From the NCBI GenBank assembly GCA_964016885.1, contig OZ024760.1, positions 20,646,001 through 20,710,000 on the forward strand: 64,000 bases of DNA, in the 5' to 3' direction. The translations under genes and the position numbers were made by a program. The stretch is from Eledone cirrhosa. Taxonomy: Eukaryota. Shown here piece after piece: positions 37,682-49,480 of this stretch. The notes beneath the pieces were generated by a model, which ran no database searches, was not told where the DNA came from, and saw only the letters and a list, made by a program, of their open reading frames with translations. Positions within the stretch are counted from its first letter, which is position 1. Each line of letters begins with the position of its first letter.

Positions 37682-38938
37682 ATCATCATCATTATCATTT
37701 TACGTCTGCTTTTCCCTGCTTGCAAGGGTGGGACCTGTCCTATTCATCACAGCATCTTTCCACTTGTCACGGTCCCTCGTCATCTCCTCTGTGAGCTTCA
37801 GCGACCTGAGGTCTGCTCTCACCACCTCCGCCCATGTTTTTCATGGTCTTTAACTGGCATTTCTTGGCACTTCTTCATCCATTGGTCATCCTCCATGCAC
37901 ATCACATGTCCAAACCATCGCAGTCTCCTCTTCTGCACACTACAATTTATCCCTCTCAGACAGTTTCTGTCTCAACACATCCGTGCTCAGTCGTTCACAC
38001 ACTTCCAACAGAGCATGCTTGCCTCATTTCTCTCCAGTCGTCGCATATCCTCTGCAGTTGCTGCCCATGTCTCACTACCATGCAGTATTGCGCACCTCAC
38101 ACAGGTATCATATAACCGGCCTTTCGTATGCAGGGAGAAACAATTCTTCGTCAACAGCTCCCTAAACTTCTTCCAACCTGTCCTTAGTCTAAATACTATG
38201 GCCTCGGAACACCCCCTCCCATGCTAATCTGATCACCTAGGTACCGGAAGCTATCAACCATTTCAATAGAATCTACCTGCATTTGAAAAATGTGTCTATC
38301 ACTGCGACTTCTACTGTCAAATTTCCCTGTACATCTGCATACATAGTTTTCCCTACCTGTTAGTTTGCTTGCTATCCCACTACATCTTTTGTTTATTCAA
38401 TATCTGCATTGTGTACATTTTATAGAATTTATGCCAGTTCCTTTTCTACATATTGAACATGGTCATTTCTCTGATGGAATCAGAGTATTTTGTCCTTTTT
38501 TCTACTTATCAACACTTTTGTCTTAGCTAGGTTCACTCTCAGTCCTCTTAATTTCAACTGCTGTTTCCATAGCCAGAATTTATTCTTTAGCTCCTCTACT
38601 GATTCTGCTATAAGTACCAGATTGTCAGCATAGAGAAGTTCCCAGGGGAAGCCACTCTTAAACTCCTCTGTTATGGCTTGGAGGACTATAATGAACAAGA
38701 GCGGGCTGAGGACCGAACCCTGATGTACTCCTACTTGTATCTGGAATTCCTCACTAAACTCCATTCCTACTCTCACATTACTGACACCACCTCTGTACAA
38801 AGCTTGCAGTCCTCACAAGCCATTCTTCAACACCTAGTTTCCTTAGGGACCACCAGATGACAGATTGGGGTACTCTATCAAAGGCCTTCTCTAGGTCAAC
38901 AAAAGCTAAGTATAGTAGTTTATTCTTCTCTAAGAACC
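37682..38938 (-). mobile_element. RTE LINE family A, degenerate
   Basis: LYLAFVDLEKAFDRV, GVHQGSVLSPLLF, WELLYADNLVL, C-terminus and tail. Confidence 0.92.
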
Positions 38939-39707
38939 CCTCACGTGGGACAATTCCCATCTTAACCCATGCTAGCGTGGAAGATGGACGTTAAATGATG
39001 ATGATGAAACAATGTTTCCATTGGTCTTTCTAATTGCTAATACTCTCTATCAGTCGCAACTGCAGATAGAAGGAGCAACGTGAAATAAAGTCTTGCCCAA
39101 GGACACAACGCATCGCCTGGTCCGGGAATCCAATTCTGTAACCACTCAGCCACGCGCCTTCACCAATTATATATACATGCGTATATAAAATTCCTATTAC
39201 CAAAATCGATATTTGCATATATATTTATATACATATATACGTATAGAACATTTTTGTTACCAAAATCGATAATTGGTGATTGATACCATTACTAAAATCA
39301 AAGGTTTGCATCTTATTTCTTTATTTCCAGAAACAGATTTGTCTGTTACCATCTTGAAATAAGTATATTTACTTCCATATTAGTTGTTCTGTACATATGT
39401 ACAAAATACTAATAGTTGAAGGGCATAAACTTCTCATAGGATCCTCTACGGTCAGTGCCAAGTGAGAGGGCGTAAACTTCTCGTACGATCCTCTACGGCC
39501 AACTTAATGCTGGTCAGTACTAGATGAGAGGGAGAAAGAAGCCCGTCATTAATGTTGCTGGACTGTCGTCTATACGGAGTAAGTGAATATTCATTGAAAC
39601 GAATATATTTTGAGACGTGTTATCGCACTGTCTTTCTGTTTCAATGCCACGAGCATATGTTTGGTGATGGTACACGCAATGAAATTAGTTACCTCGACAC
39701 TGTATGC

Positions 39708-40146
39708 ATACTTTCTAAGCCATCTCAACACTATATACACACTTTCTAACTCATCTCAACACTATATACACACTTTCTAACTCATCTCAACGCTATATAC
39801 ACACTTTCTAAGTCATCTCTATACTATATAATACTTTCTAACTCATCTCAACACTATATACACACTTTCTAACTCATCTCAACACTATATACACACTTTC
39901 TAAGTCATCTCTATACTATATAATACTTGGTAAGTCATCTCAACATTATATACACACTTTGTAACTCATCTCAACACTATATACACACTTTCTAAGTCAT
40001 CTCAACTCTATATACACACTTTCTAACTCATCTCAACACTATATACACACTTTCTAACTCATCTCAACCCTATATACACACTTTCTAACTCATCTCTATA
40101 CTATATAATACTTTCTAAGTCATCTCAATACTATATACACACTTTC
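39708..40146. repeat. 31-bp minisatellite (~14 units)
   Basis: CATCTCAACACTATATACACACTTTCTAACT units. Confidence 0.92.
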
Positions 40147-40435
40147 ATAACAAACTATATGCCATAAGTTTGTACTGGAGAAAAAGGCCAATGGACACAA
40201 AAATTAAATCCTTACGAGACGAAGAACTAAGCTCTCAAACCAGTTAAATGCACAACAAAGAACCCTATCTGAAACAGGCACTACTTCAAATTGAAACTGC
40301 ACTCAAACTTTCCCATGAGAAGGGGAGGGTAGAGAGAGAAGTCAGGGCCATAGACAATATTAAAACAAACCCTAAGGCCTTCTTTAAATTTGCAAAAGAA
40401 ACTGCCTCGGTTCACTACAAATTAGGCCACTCAAA
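40146..40435 (+). mobile_element. CR1-type LINE fragment
   Basis: AIDNIKTNPKAFFKFAK; paralogous to ~49175-49480. Confidence 0.65.
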
Positions 40436-41431
40436 TTGTATCCATAAAATCATTTACATATATTATATCTAAACCATGATAAACGTTAGTTAGCTAAAAC
40501 CAGGTCAGATGGCGAAATAAGGAGCTTACACATGTAAACTTCTCATAGGATCTCCTACAGTCAATAAAACCTCGTCTGTCACATTTGCTCCAGATAATGG
40601 AATAGGAGACTTTGTGAAAAGCTTTCTCTGGAAGAAATCTGCTGTATACTTCTTCCTGTGTAGTTAACAGCCAACACACTCAAATGTTCTTTTAAAAGAA
40701 AATACTTTATTTCGTGTTGCTCCAGTACACTCAGTAGCTAATCCTGCGATAGACCGGTATCCTATCGAGGGAGAGACATTTAACAAGGAAACCCGGTGAT
40801 AAACAACAATTTTTATTTACAGAAACCTGTATATTTACTTAACATATTAATTGTTCGGCATATATGTACTAAATACTAGTAGTTTCTAAATTAATTTATA
40901 TATAGAAACGGAATGAGAGTGAGGTAACACACGGAATATATTTTGAGGCGTATTATCTTGCTTTCGTTCCGTTTCTATATATATATTTTTTTTAATAAAT
41001 AAAATTTTAGCTATAAGTATACTAATTCTACTCGGTAGAATTGCAGCTTCGCTTTGCGATGCGCGTAGCGGTTCCGACTTTGTCGTCTCCTTATGTATGG
41101 CGTGACTATTCTATGTGTCTGGAGTTCGAATCGTTACGAGGTCTTCGTGGCTTATACAGCTGAGACTATTTGCAGGCTGGCTACTTGCTTGCCTGCGTCC
41201 TGGACCACGCGAACAATCGATTTTTGGTTTAAATTTGATTAGAATTATCTCCCTTTATTTAGAGTTACTTTCCCCTTTATGGAATTCTTCTCTTTTCTTT
41301 TCGATTGACTTCCGTTTTGAAATAAAATCACACTGGATATTTATTTCTTCATGTAAAGAGCTATGTATATTATCTAAGAAACTAAATCTTCTCTCTATAT
41401 TGTAAAGAGCGACAACTTTACATAAATACTT

Positions 41432-41474
41432 TGCGCATGCGCATTGATGTCCAATTTATTTTGGCGCATGCGTG
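41432..41474. promoter_or_regulatory. Tandem NRF1/Ewg-type sites in a CpG-enriched promoter-like segment
   Basis: Perfect TGCGCATGCGCA at 41432-41443 plus GCGCATGCGT at ~41464, ~100 bp upstream of donor GGAG|gtaaag (41571). Confidence 0.55.
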
Positions 41475-42794
41475 TTTTAGTAAAATAAATTAAATGGTCG
41501 CCTGAAGAACTTCATGTTTTCCAACGTGAATAAAAAACGTTAAAAACTTGGATTTTACTAATTTTACGGAGGTAAAGTAAAACTTTATTTTATGTTGATC
41601 AGTTTTATTTAGACATTAGTTTTGTTAAGCTTCCGTCACACCTTACATTCTAATCTAATACAACACACCTCTTAGTTTCTTTATTCAGAAACTTCATCTA
41701 CATTCTTAGTTTCTTTAGTGTTACCTTCCTTGATGTAGGAAAAGGTTTTCTTGTTTCCTCTAGTTAAATGTATATATAATAAAAGACAAAATAGTTTTGT
41801 TTAGCTTCTGTGACACCTTACATTCTAATCTAATACAACACACCTCCCCCACAAATAGTGTATTCTTTAGATTATGTAAGTTGGTAAATAATATATCCTC
41901 GTATTTTGTAATCAGTGTTAATTAGATATTGCTTTTAACCAACGTAACATAGAACAAGATTTTTCAAAGACCGTATATTCCATATAGATTGTATTTCGAC
42001 ACTTTGATAAAGATTGAGGGGGGGGGGGGGGGTCATTTACATTCTCAGTTTTTTTCTTGATGTAGGAAAAGGTTTCCTCTATTTACATTCTTAGTTTCTT
42101 TTTTTGAGAAACTTCATCTACATTCTTAAGAGAGAAATTAAGAATGTAGATGAAGTTTCTTAAGAGAGAAACTAAGAATGTCCCTTCCCAGCTCGATCGG
42201 CGAGCTTGACAATCATCGCCAGGGTAGGCCCTTAGATAGATGTTTTTGGACACTTCATATAAATTCTTGGTTTCTTTTTAGACACCTCACTTACATTCTT
42301 AGTTTCTTTATAAACACTGGCATGTTTTCACTCGTCCTCTCAACTCCACACCTGGCTTTCCCTTATCTGTGAGCCTCACTGTCGTGGACTTAAGGTGCTG
42401 GTCACCAGGCTTCCCTTCCCAGCTTGACAATCATCGTGGGGGTAGGCCCTTCATCTGTGTATGTTGTGGAAACCTGCCAAAGTATTGGTGGCTCCCGGAC
42501 CACATCCCTATTACCTATAAGTAGCTTTAATAAAAAAATATTTGACAAACTCAACGTAGTAACAGGTTTTCTTCTTTCTGTATATATACATGTATTATTG
42601 TATATGTACATATATAATGGAATTTCACTATATACGTGAAAGAATTTTATAAAGTTCTAAGTATATATACATATGTGTATTTATATATATTATAGTAAAA
42701 GACAAAGCTGGAAGAATTTTAGAAAGTTTAATTTTTTTATTGACAATGTACATAAATGACTTTCATAGTTTTTCTTATTTCATTTTTCTTACAG

Positions 42795-42915
42795 ATGTCC
42801 AGCCTTCTCGGCCATATGCTGTGTTGTTTGCTGCAACCACTGAAAGAAGGTTTTGATTGTGAAAGTATTTACAAGTTCAAGTTTCCTGAACAGTGATGGA
42901 GTGTCTGTTAATAAA
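42795..42915 (+). other. Candidate terminal exon (small ORF MSSLLGHMLCCLLQPLKEGFDCESIYKFKFPEQ* or lncRNA)
   Basis: Strong acceptor catttttcttacag|ATG, stop at 42896, AATAAA at 42910 and three more downstream. Confidence 0.35.
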
Positions 42916-43539
42916 AATATGTTAACATATTATTTAGGAATTGTATGAATAAAGTTTTTGTTAATAAACATTTTTTTACATATTATCTATGAGTTGAGTT
43001 CAGTTTATTTGACAAAAAAAGATTGGCTTTTAGCCTCATAAACAAAGTTTCTGTTAATAAAGAAATCTTTACATATTATATACTAGTTTTGTTAATATTT
43101 TGACGAAAGAAATCATATAAACGTCTCTTGTTTTCGAAAGAAATACCGACTGTCTAAAACCTTCGGAATATATTTTAGTACAGGAATTAACCCTCTCAAA
43201 GACAATAAGTCATATTTCTTTTATTAAACGAACGAAACTCTTTCAACAAAGGGGAGAGTTTTTTATTCAAGGGAGGTAACTCTTTAAAAACATGAGTTGT
43301 CTCCCTTTAATATGAAAAAGAAACTAAGAATGTAGATAAAGTGTCTAAAAAAAGAAACTAAGATTCTAAAGGAAGTGTCTAAAAAGAAACTAAGAATCTA
43401 AATGAAGTGTCTAAAAAAAGAAACCAAGATTCTAAATGAAGTGTCTAAAAAAAGAAACTAAATGAAGTGTCTAAAAAGAATCTAAATGAAGTGTCTAAAG
43501 AGAAACTAAGAATGTAAATGAGGTGTCTAAAAAAAAAAA

Positions 43540-44230
43540 TCTGTATGAAATGAATGTTTTTGAAAGTGTCAAAAAAATTTCTATATGAAATGTGTGTTTT
43601 TGAAAGTGTCAAAAAAAATTCTATATGAAACGAGTGTTTTTGAAAAGTCGAAAAAAAATTCTATATGAAACGAGTGTTTTTGAAAAGTCGAAAAAAAATT
43701 CTATACGAAATGTGTGTTTTTGAAAAGTCGAAAAAAAATTCTATATGAAACGTGTGTTTTTGAAAAGTCGAAAAAAAATTCTATATGAAACGGGTGTTTT
43801 TGAAAAGTCGAAAAAAAATCTATATGAAATGGGTGTTTTTGAAAAGTCGAAAAAAAATTCTATACGAAATGTGTGTTTTTGAAAAGTCGAAAAAAAATTC
43901 TATATGAAACGGGTGTTTTTGAAAAGTCGAAAAAAAAATCTATATGAAATGTGTGTTTTTGAAAAGTCGAAAAAAAATTCTATATGAAATGGGTGTTTTT
44001 GGAAAGTCGAAAAAAAATTCTATATGAAATGTGTGTTTTTGAAAGTGTCAAAAAAAATTCTATATGAAATATGTGTTTTTGAAAAGTCGAAAAAAAATTC
44101 TATATGAAACGGGTGTTTTTGAAAAGTCGAAAAAAAAAATCTATATGAAATGTGTGTTTTTGAAAAGTCGAAAAAAAATTCTATATGAAATAAGTGTTTC
44201 TGAGAGTGTCCAGAATAAATCTATATGAAA
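43540..44230. repeat. 40-bp minisatellite (~17 units), preceded by a ~30-bp repeat (43318-43530)
   Basis: TCTATATGAAACGGGTGTTTTTGAAAAGTCGAAAAAAAAT units. Confidence 0.92.
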
Positions 44231-44305
44231 AATCTAAATCAAAATGAATTCTTAAAATCAAGGGAGGTAAAAATCCAAGGGGAGATAATTAACGTTTTTT
44301 TTAGC

Positions 44306-44475
44306 AAAAAGATTCTCCGAGGTGGTCTGGGACGGGCCAGTAATCTAAGTACCGGCCCAGACAGTCCCAGGCCCTTTTAGCAGTCGCACGCCACTACGAA
44401 ACGAACGTCAGTCACTGGGACTGGCGAGACGAGACGCAGCTCGCGCGCCACCTCGAAGGCCGCAATTCTACTGAG
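44306..44475 (-). ncRNA. Candidate structured GC-rich small RNA
   Basis: Closing stem CTTCGAGGTGG/CCACCTCGGAG, three internal helices, followed by TTTTT. Confidence 0.3.
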
Positions 44476-46227
44476 TTCCAAACACATACTTATGGGTACT
44501 TTTCACAATTTTTGTTTAAAAAAAATATAAACGAAACGAAGGGAGGTAATTTGGGGTTCTGAGTAGAGATTTTTTACAAGAAAATTATTAGCGCATTGGT
44601 GGTATTGTGACGATGAGGGATTCGACCTCTGAACCTTTTTTTCTCTATAAATTATGAAATTATATTCATTAAATAAAAACATCGTCCAACGCACTAACAA
44701 TTTCCTTATGAAAATCTCTATTCAGAACGAATTACCTCCATTCATTTCGTTTATATTTTTTTCTCCAATGAATAATTAAAATTAAAGATTACTTACCTCC
44801 GTACTGACACCAAGACCGCTACATTTATTAGGAAGACACATATAGACATATATATAATTTCCTTATGAAAATCTCTATTCAGAACGAATTACCTCGTTTA
44901 TATTTTTTTCTCCAATGAATCGCTGGGCAAGAGACCCCAAACTAACAATGTTTTGTAGGTTAAAAGTAAAAGCGATATCTAGTTAACACCGATCAACAGT
45001 TTACCTCTGATTATAAAATACGAGGATATATTATTTACTAATCTAAAGAATAAACTATTTGTGGGGGAGGTGTGTTGTATTACATTTGAATGTAAGGTGT
45101 GACAGAAGCTAAACAAAACTATTTTGTATTTTATTATATATACATTTAAATAGAGGAAACAAGAAAACCTTTTCCTAGGAAGGTAACACTAAAGAATGTA
45201 GATGAAGTGTCTACAACTATGTAAATCTCTAAAGGGGAACTGTAAATGAAGTTTCTGAAAAAAAGAAACTAAGACTGTGTGAGAGGTGTGTTGTATTAGA
45301 TTACAATGTAGAGGTGTGACATAAGCTAAACAAAACTAACGTTTAAATAATTATTTCTGACATTATGGAGAGAAATAAACAGAAATTGTTTTAATAAAAG
45401 TGATCAACATAAAATAAAGCTTTACTTTACCTCCATAAAATTAGTAAAATCCAAATTTTTAACGTTTTTTATTCACGTTCTTCCGATGTTTGGAACACTA
45501 TTTGTATGTCTAGTCGTTTTTTTAGTTTTAAAGTGGGTGAAGATGTGCCAGAAAGCCACAGTAAAGAAAATACACCTGAACACAATATCCAAAATGTGAG
45601 TGTTATTGACATAAAGTGTGTATAGAGAGATGGTGCTAGTGTACAGCAATGAAAACAGTATCCAAAATGGGAAGAGTTCCATAAAGAGGAAGTAACTCTA
45701 ATCAATTTTAGAGCAAAAAGCATTACTCAGCCTGCCACCGCAGTGATTCGATCTTCAGACACATGGAATGGTCACGCCATACATAAGTAGGCGATAAAGT
45801 CCGAACCGCTACGCGTATCGCCACGTGAAGGGACAATGTTATTTAGTAAACAAAAGTCATACTTATAGGTAACATTTTATTTATTTAAAAAAATATATAT
45901 GGAAAGAAATAACACACGGAATATATTTTGAGGCGTGTAAACTCATTCTCATTTCGTTTCTATAAATAAATTTATTTAAAAACCACTAGTATTTTGTACA
46001 GAACAATTAATATTTATTTTAAGATGGTAATATATATATGTTACGGACAGATCTGTTTCTGGAAATGATAGTGTGCTTTTGAGGGAGAAAGACATGAGCA
46101 GGGAGTTCCATGGAGCCAACATTCTGGGGGTACTGATTGATACATAAACGTGAGTGTATATATGGGGGCTAGAGGCGTGGGAGTGACCATTAAACTGGCC
46201 ATAAACAATTCATAGCAGAAAAAAGAT

Positions 46228-46460
46228 CATCATTTTACGTCCGCTTTTCCCTCCTCCGTGAGCTTCAGCGATCTGAGATCAGCTCTCACCACTTCCGCCC
46301 ATGTTTTTCGTGGTCTTTCTTCTAATGGGCTTTCTTGGCACTTCTTTACCCAGCAGTCATCCTCCATGCGCATCACATGTCCATACCATCTTAGTCTTCT
46401 CCCCCACACATTACAACTTATCCCTCTTATACACAGTTTCTCTCTTAACTCATCCATGCC
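46228..46460 (-). mobile_element. RTE family A 3' fragment
   Basis: RRLRWYGHVMRMEDD..RPRKTWAEVV. Confidence 0.85.
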
Positions 46461-46995
46461 CTTCCGTATACTGTACCAATTGTGTTGTTATCTCTGTTTA
46501 CCTTTTACATATATATATATATTAAGACCATATCGTAGTATATTCGAATTACAGGTTTCTTTCTTTCAGTAGACTATATCATGTAATAGCTGCAGAAATG
46601 AACGATTTATGCACTGGCTAGTCTGTTGAATGGTAGTACTGGTTGGATAGTTGTCGGCTGTCAGGTAAAGTAGCTGGCCGACTGCTCCAGCAATTGGCAT
46701 AATGATTAACAAAGAAAGATAATTGGTTCAAATCCCTTTTTATGGGTTATTTCCCCTTTAAAATAAAATTTTAAAATAGTGTTTTTGTCCTCTCTTTTGT
46801 TTTTTATTAACTCTTAATAGTACATATTTAATAATTGTTTCTACTTTTGGTACAAGGCCAGCAATTAACACCAGTGCATTACTGGTAATTTATTTTATCG
46901 ACCCCCGTAAGGATGTTAATAATGCAGTCATGAAGGGGTTAATTTACTATCTTAGTAATGAAATAATTAATAATTTTAGTAAATCCCTTCATTAA

Positions 46996-47468
46996 CCCTT
47001 TAGTATTTAAACTGGCCAGAATTCTCTCACCTTTTTCTGTTGAAACTGGCTATAACCAGCCGCTCATACTGATGTTAAGGTATTGTCCTCAAAATAAATA
47101 ATAGCAAAATCTCATAGATTTGACATTATGTGAGGTGAAGTCGCATGGCTTAGTGGTTAGAGCATTGGGCTTGCAATCGAAAGGTTGTGAGTTCAATTCT
47201 TGGACCAGGTGATGTGTTGTGTCCTTGAGCAAGACACTTTATTTCCCGTTGCTCCAGTTTATTCAGCTGTAGAAATGAGATGATAGGACTGGGTCCCTAT
47301 CATTAAATCACCTAAGACACCTCTAACTAGATATACCTTGGAGGAGGCCAGCTAAACCTGCATAGGTGTGAGCTGTAACACAAAGTGTTTACTGTGAAAA
47401 TATAATAGTAAATATAGAGTAATGTAAATGCTAGAGTGTATTTCATTAGAAATGTGGTCATAAAAGGG
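46996..47468 (-). mobile_element. TTAA piggyBac-like element with nested partial S1 SINE (47143-47303)
   Basis: TTAA|CCCTTTAG...AAAGGG|TTAG; reverse complement of ~3500-3646 plus one satellite unit. Confidence 0.65.
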
Positions 47469-47730
47469 TTAGTTACTATCTTAGTATTGAATTAATGTAA
47501 GTAAGTTAATTTTCTTATTTTACGTCTCTCATGTTGTTCTGCAACCCCATGCATTGAACCACAAAGTTACTAAGACAAAACCTATATATTTGCTAGCATA
47601 AATATGCATCTGTGTATATATATGTTACTAGATATACTAATTCTTTATAATTATCTCCACTGATTGACCTCGATGTCACGTGATTGATTATATATATGTA
47701 TATACATATATATATATGTAAATATATACA

Positions 47731-48057
47731 GATTCGTTCCTTAAAAGGTTGCGGTGGCGTGCCTTTTATTTCGATAACCAGGAAAAAGCGGACAATAAAT
47801 AGGATAAATTTGGCTTTAAAACTTATAATAACCCTCCAAGTAACCAGCCATTGCTACCCTTCGAAAACGATGTTTTGGAACTCATATGGAGTATCAAATT
47901 TCGGAATAGGAGCAATTCCTTCCAGCAGGATATGAAAAATAGAATTCGTTTTATTAAGGATTCTAATGCTGTGCACCTCCGCTCTGACAAAACTGGTAAT
48001 CGATATCAAGTAGAGTGCAGTACTTACCAATAATAGTTACTAATAAATGTCATTAAT
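47731..48057 (+). mobile_element. Penelope-like element (Naiad-type) ORF relic, region N-terminal to RT
   Basis: DSFLKRLRWRAFYF..*DKFGFKTYNNPP..LLPFENDVLELIWSIKFR..FQQDMK..SDKTGNRY with in-frame stops; begins at a (TA)n tract. Confidence 0.7.
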
Positions 48058-48133
48058 GTGGCTGGACTGATGTCTATATGGAGGTAAGTAATCTATATTT
48101 TTTATTTGTTAAAATAAAAAATATATATATATA

Positions 48134-48460
48134 GGAGGCACATGGCTTAGTGGTTAGAGCATTGGCCTTGCAATCGAAAGGTTGTGAGTTCAATTCTCAG
48201 ACCGGGTAATGTGTTGTTTCCTTGAGCAAGACACTTTATTTCACATTGCTCCAGTTTACTCAGCTGTATAAATGAGATGATAGGACTGGGGTCCCTATCA
48301 TTCCACTGAAAAGTGGTCGTGGAGGTGCCACGGCAAAAAAGCACCCAGCACTCACTGTAAATGAGGTTGGTGTTAGGAAGGGCATCCAGCTGTAGAAATC
48401 AAGCCAGAATCAGTTCCCGTCCCACCCTTGCAAGCAGACGTAAAATGAAAGGATGATGAT
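48134..48460 (+). mobile_element. Full-length S1 SINE
   Basis: Homology to other S1 copies. Confidence 0.9.
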
Positions 48461-48599
48461 ATAGAGGCCTGGTGAAACTCACCAGCATGAATACAATTCC
48501 CTACTTAAGAGACTTAGCAATATGCATGGCATTAACTGAAATAAACTTGACAAGCAGATGGGGAAATACATATACCAAAGTATTGTGGGGTTGCCCTGT

Positions 48600-49480
48600 A
48601 CATCCGTGAAGATGTCACACCCATTGTACTGGTGACACATTGAAACTAAATCTGTGACACACTGATAGTACCCATGAAGCAACTGAAAACGGTAATATGT
48701 GTCACATATTGGCCACCCGATGCCCCTAGTCATGAAGGTAAGTTTGAGGATAGCCTCAGAAGGATGGAAGAAGTCCTTGACAAACTGAACCAGGGTCTCA
48801 ACATTCTGCTGCTGGGAGACATAAACCTACCAAAGGTCAAAGGGCCACCTTCTCCCTGGAATGACATCACTCAAACAGAGTCCCTGCTGGCCCTCACACA
48901 CAGGCTGTTCATGGAACAAACAGTACTCCTCCCAACAAAAGATGAGAATGTCCTGGATCTCAGCTTTACAAATAAGGCACTGTTCATCCACAATGTAAAG
49001 GTGACACCAACGATTTTCTCGGACCATAACTTAATAGAACTAATGGTATATGGTCTAACAGACACAACCATTAAGAAGCTCTGGGAATTTATCCAGCCTA
49101 AACTTTCACAAGGCTAACTGGAAAAAGACCCGGAAGCAAAACTGGAGCGACAACATCACCACACATTTCATGACAACAATACAAACTATATAGCCATAAG
49201 TTTGTACCGGAGAAAAAGGCCAATGGACACAAAAATCTTATTCCCAGACACAGGAAAATCCTTATGAGCTGAAGAACTAAGCTCTCAAACCAGTTAAATG
49301 CACAACAAAAGAAAGAATCCTATCTGAAACAGCAAGTACTTCAAATTGAAACTGCACTCAAACTTTCCCATGACAAGGAGAGAAGTCAGGGCCATAGAAA
49401 ATATTAAAACAAACCCTAAGGCCTTCTTTAAATTTGCAAAAGAAACTGCCTCGGTTCACTGCAAGATTGGGCCACTCAAA
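48600..49480 (+). mobile_element. CR1/Jockey-group LINE relic, APE endonuclease region
   Basis: YWPP, LLGDINLP, PTKDENVLDL, SDHNLIE motifs. Confidence 0.8.

Larger units (their letters stand above)
40820..46065. repeat. Diverged ~1.1-kb-arm inverted duplication (arms ~40820-41945 and ~44960-46065)
   Basis: Collinear reverse-complement blocks, e.g. 41056-41133 vs 45745-45821, 41523-41610 vs 45392-45479, 41770-41940 vs 44960-45150. Confidence 0.85.

Noticed and set aside
41060-41150. tRNA-like GGAGTTCGAATC B box
   Set aside because: No cloverleaf can be drawn, and the paralogous arm reads GAAGATCGAATC, so the box is not conserved.
43540-44230. CRISPR-like regular repeats (also 39708-40146, 62990-63650, 13435-14335)
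   Set aside because: Units are contiguous with no unique spacers, there are no cas genes and the context is eukaryotic.
44390-44420. CGAAAC...GTC as a hammerhead
   Set aside because: No CUGANGA in the right position on either strand.
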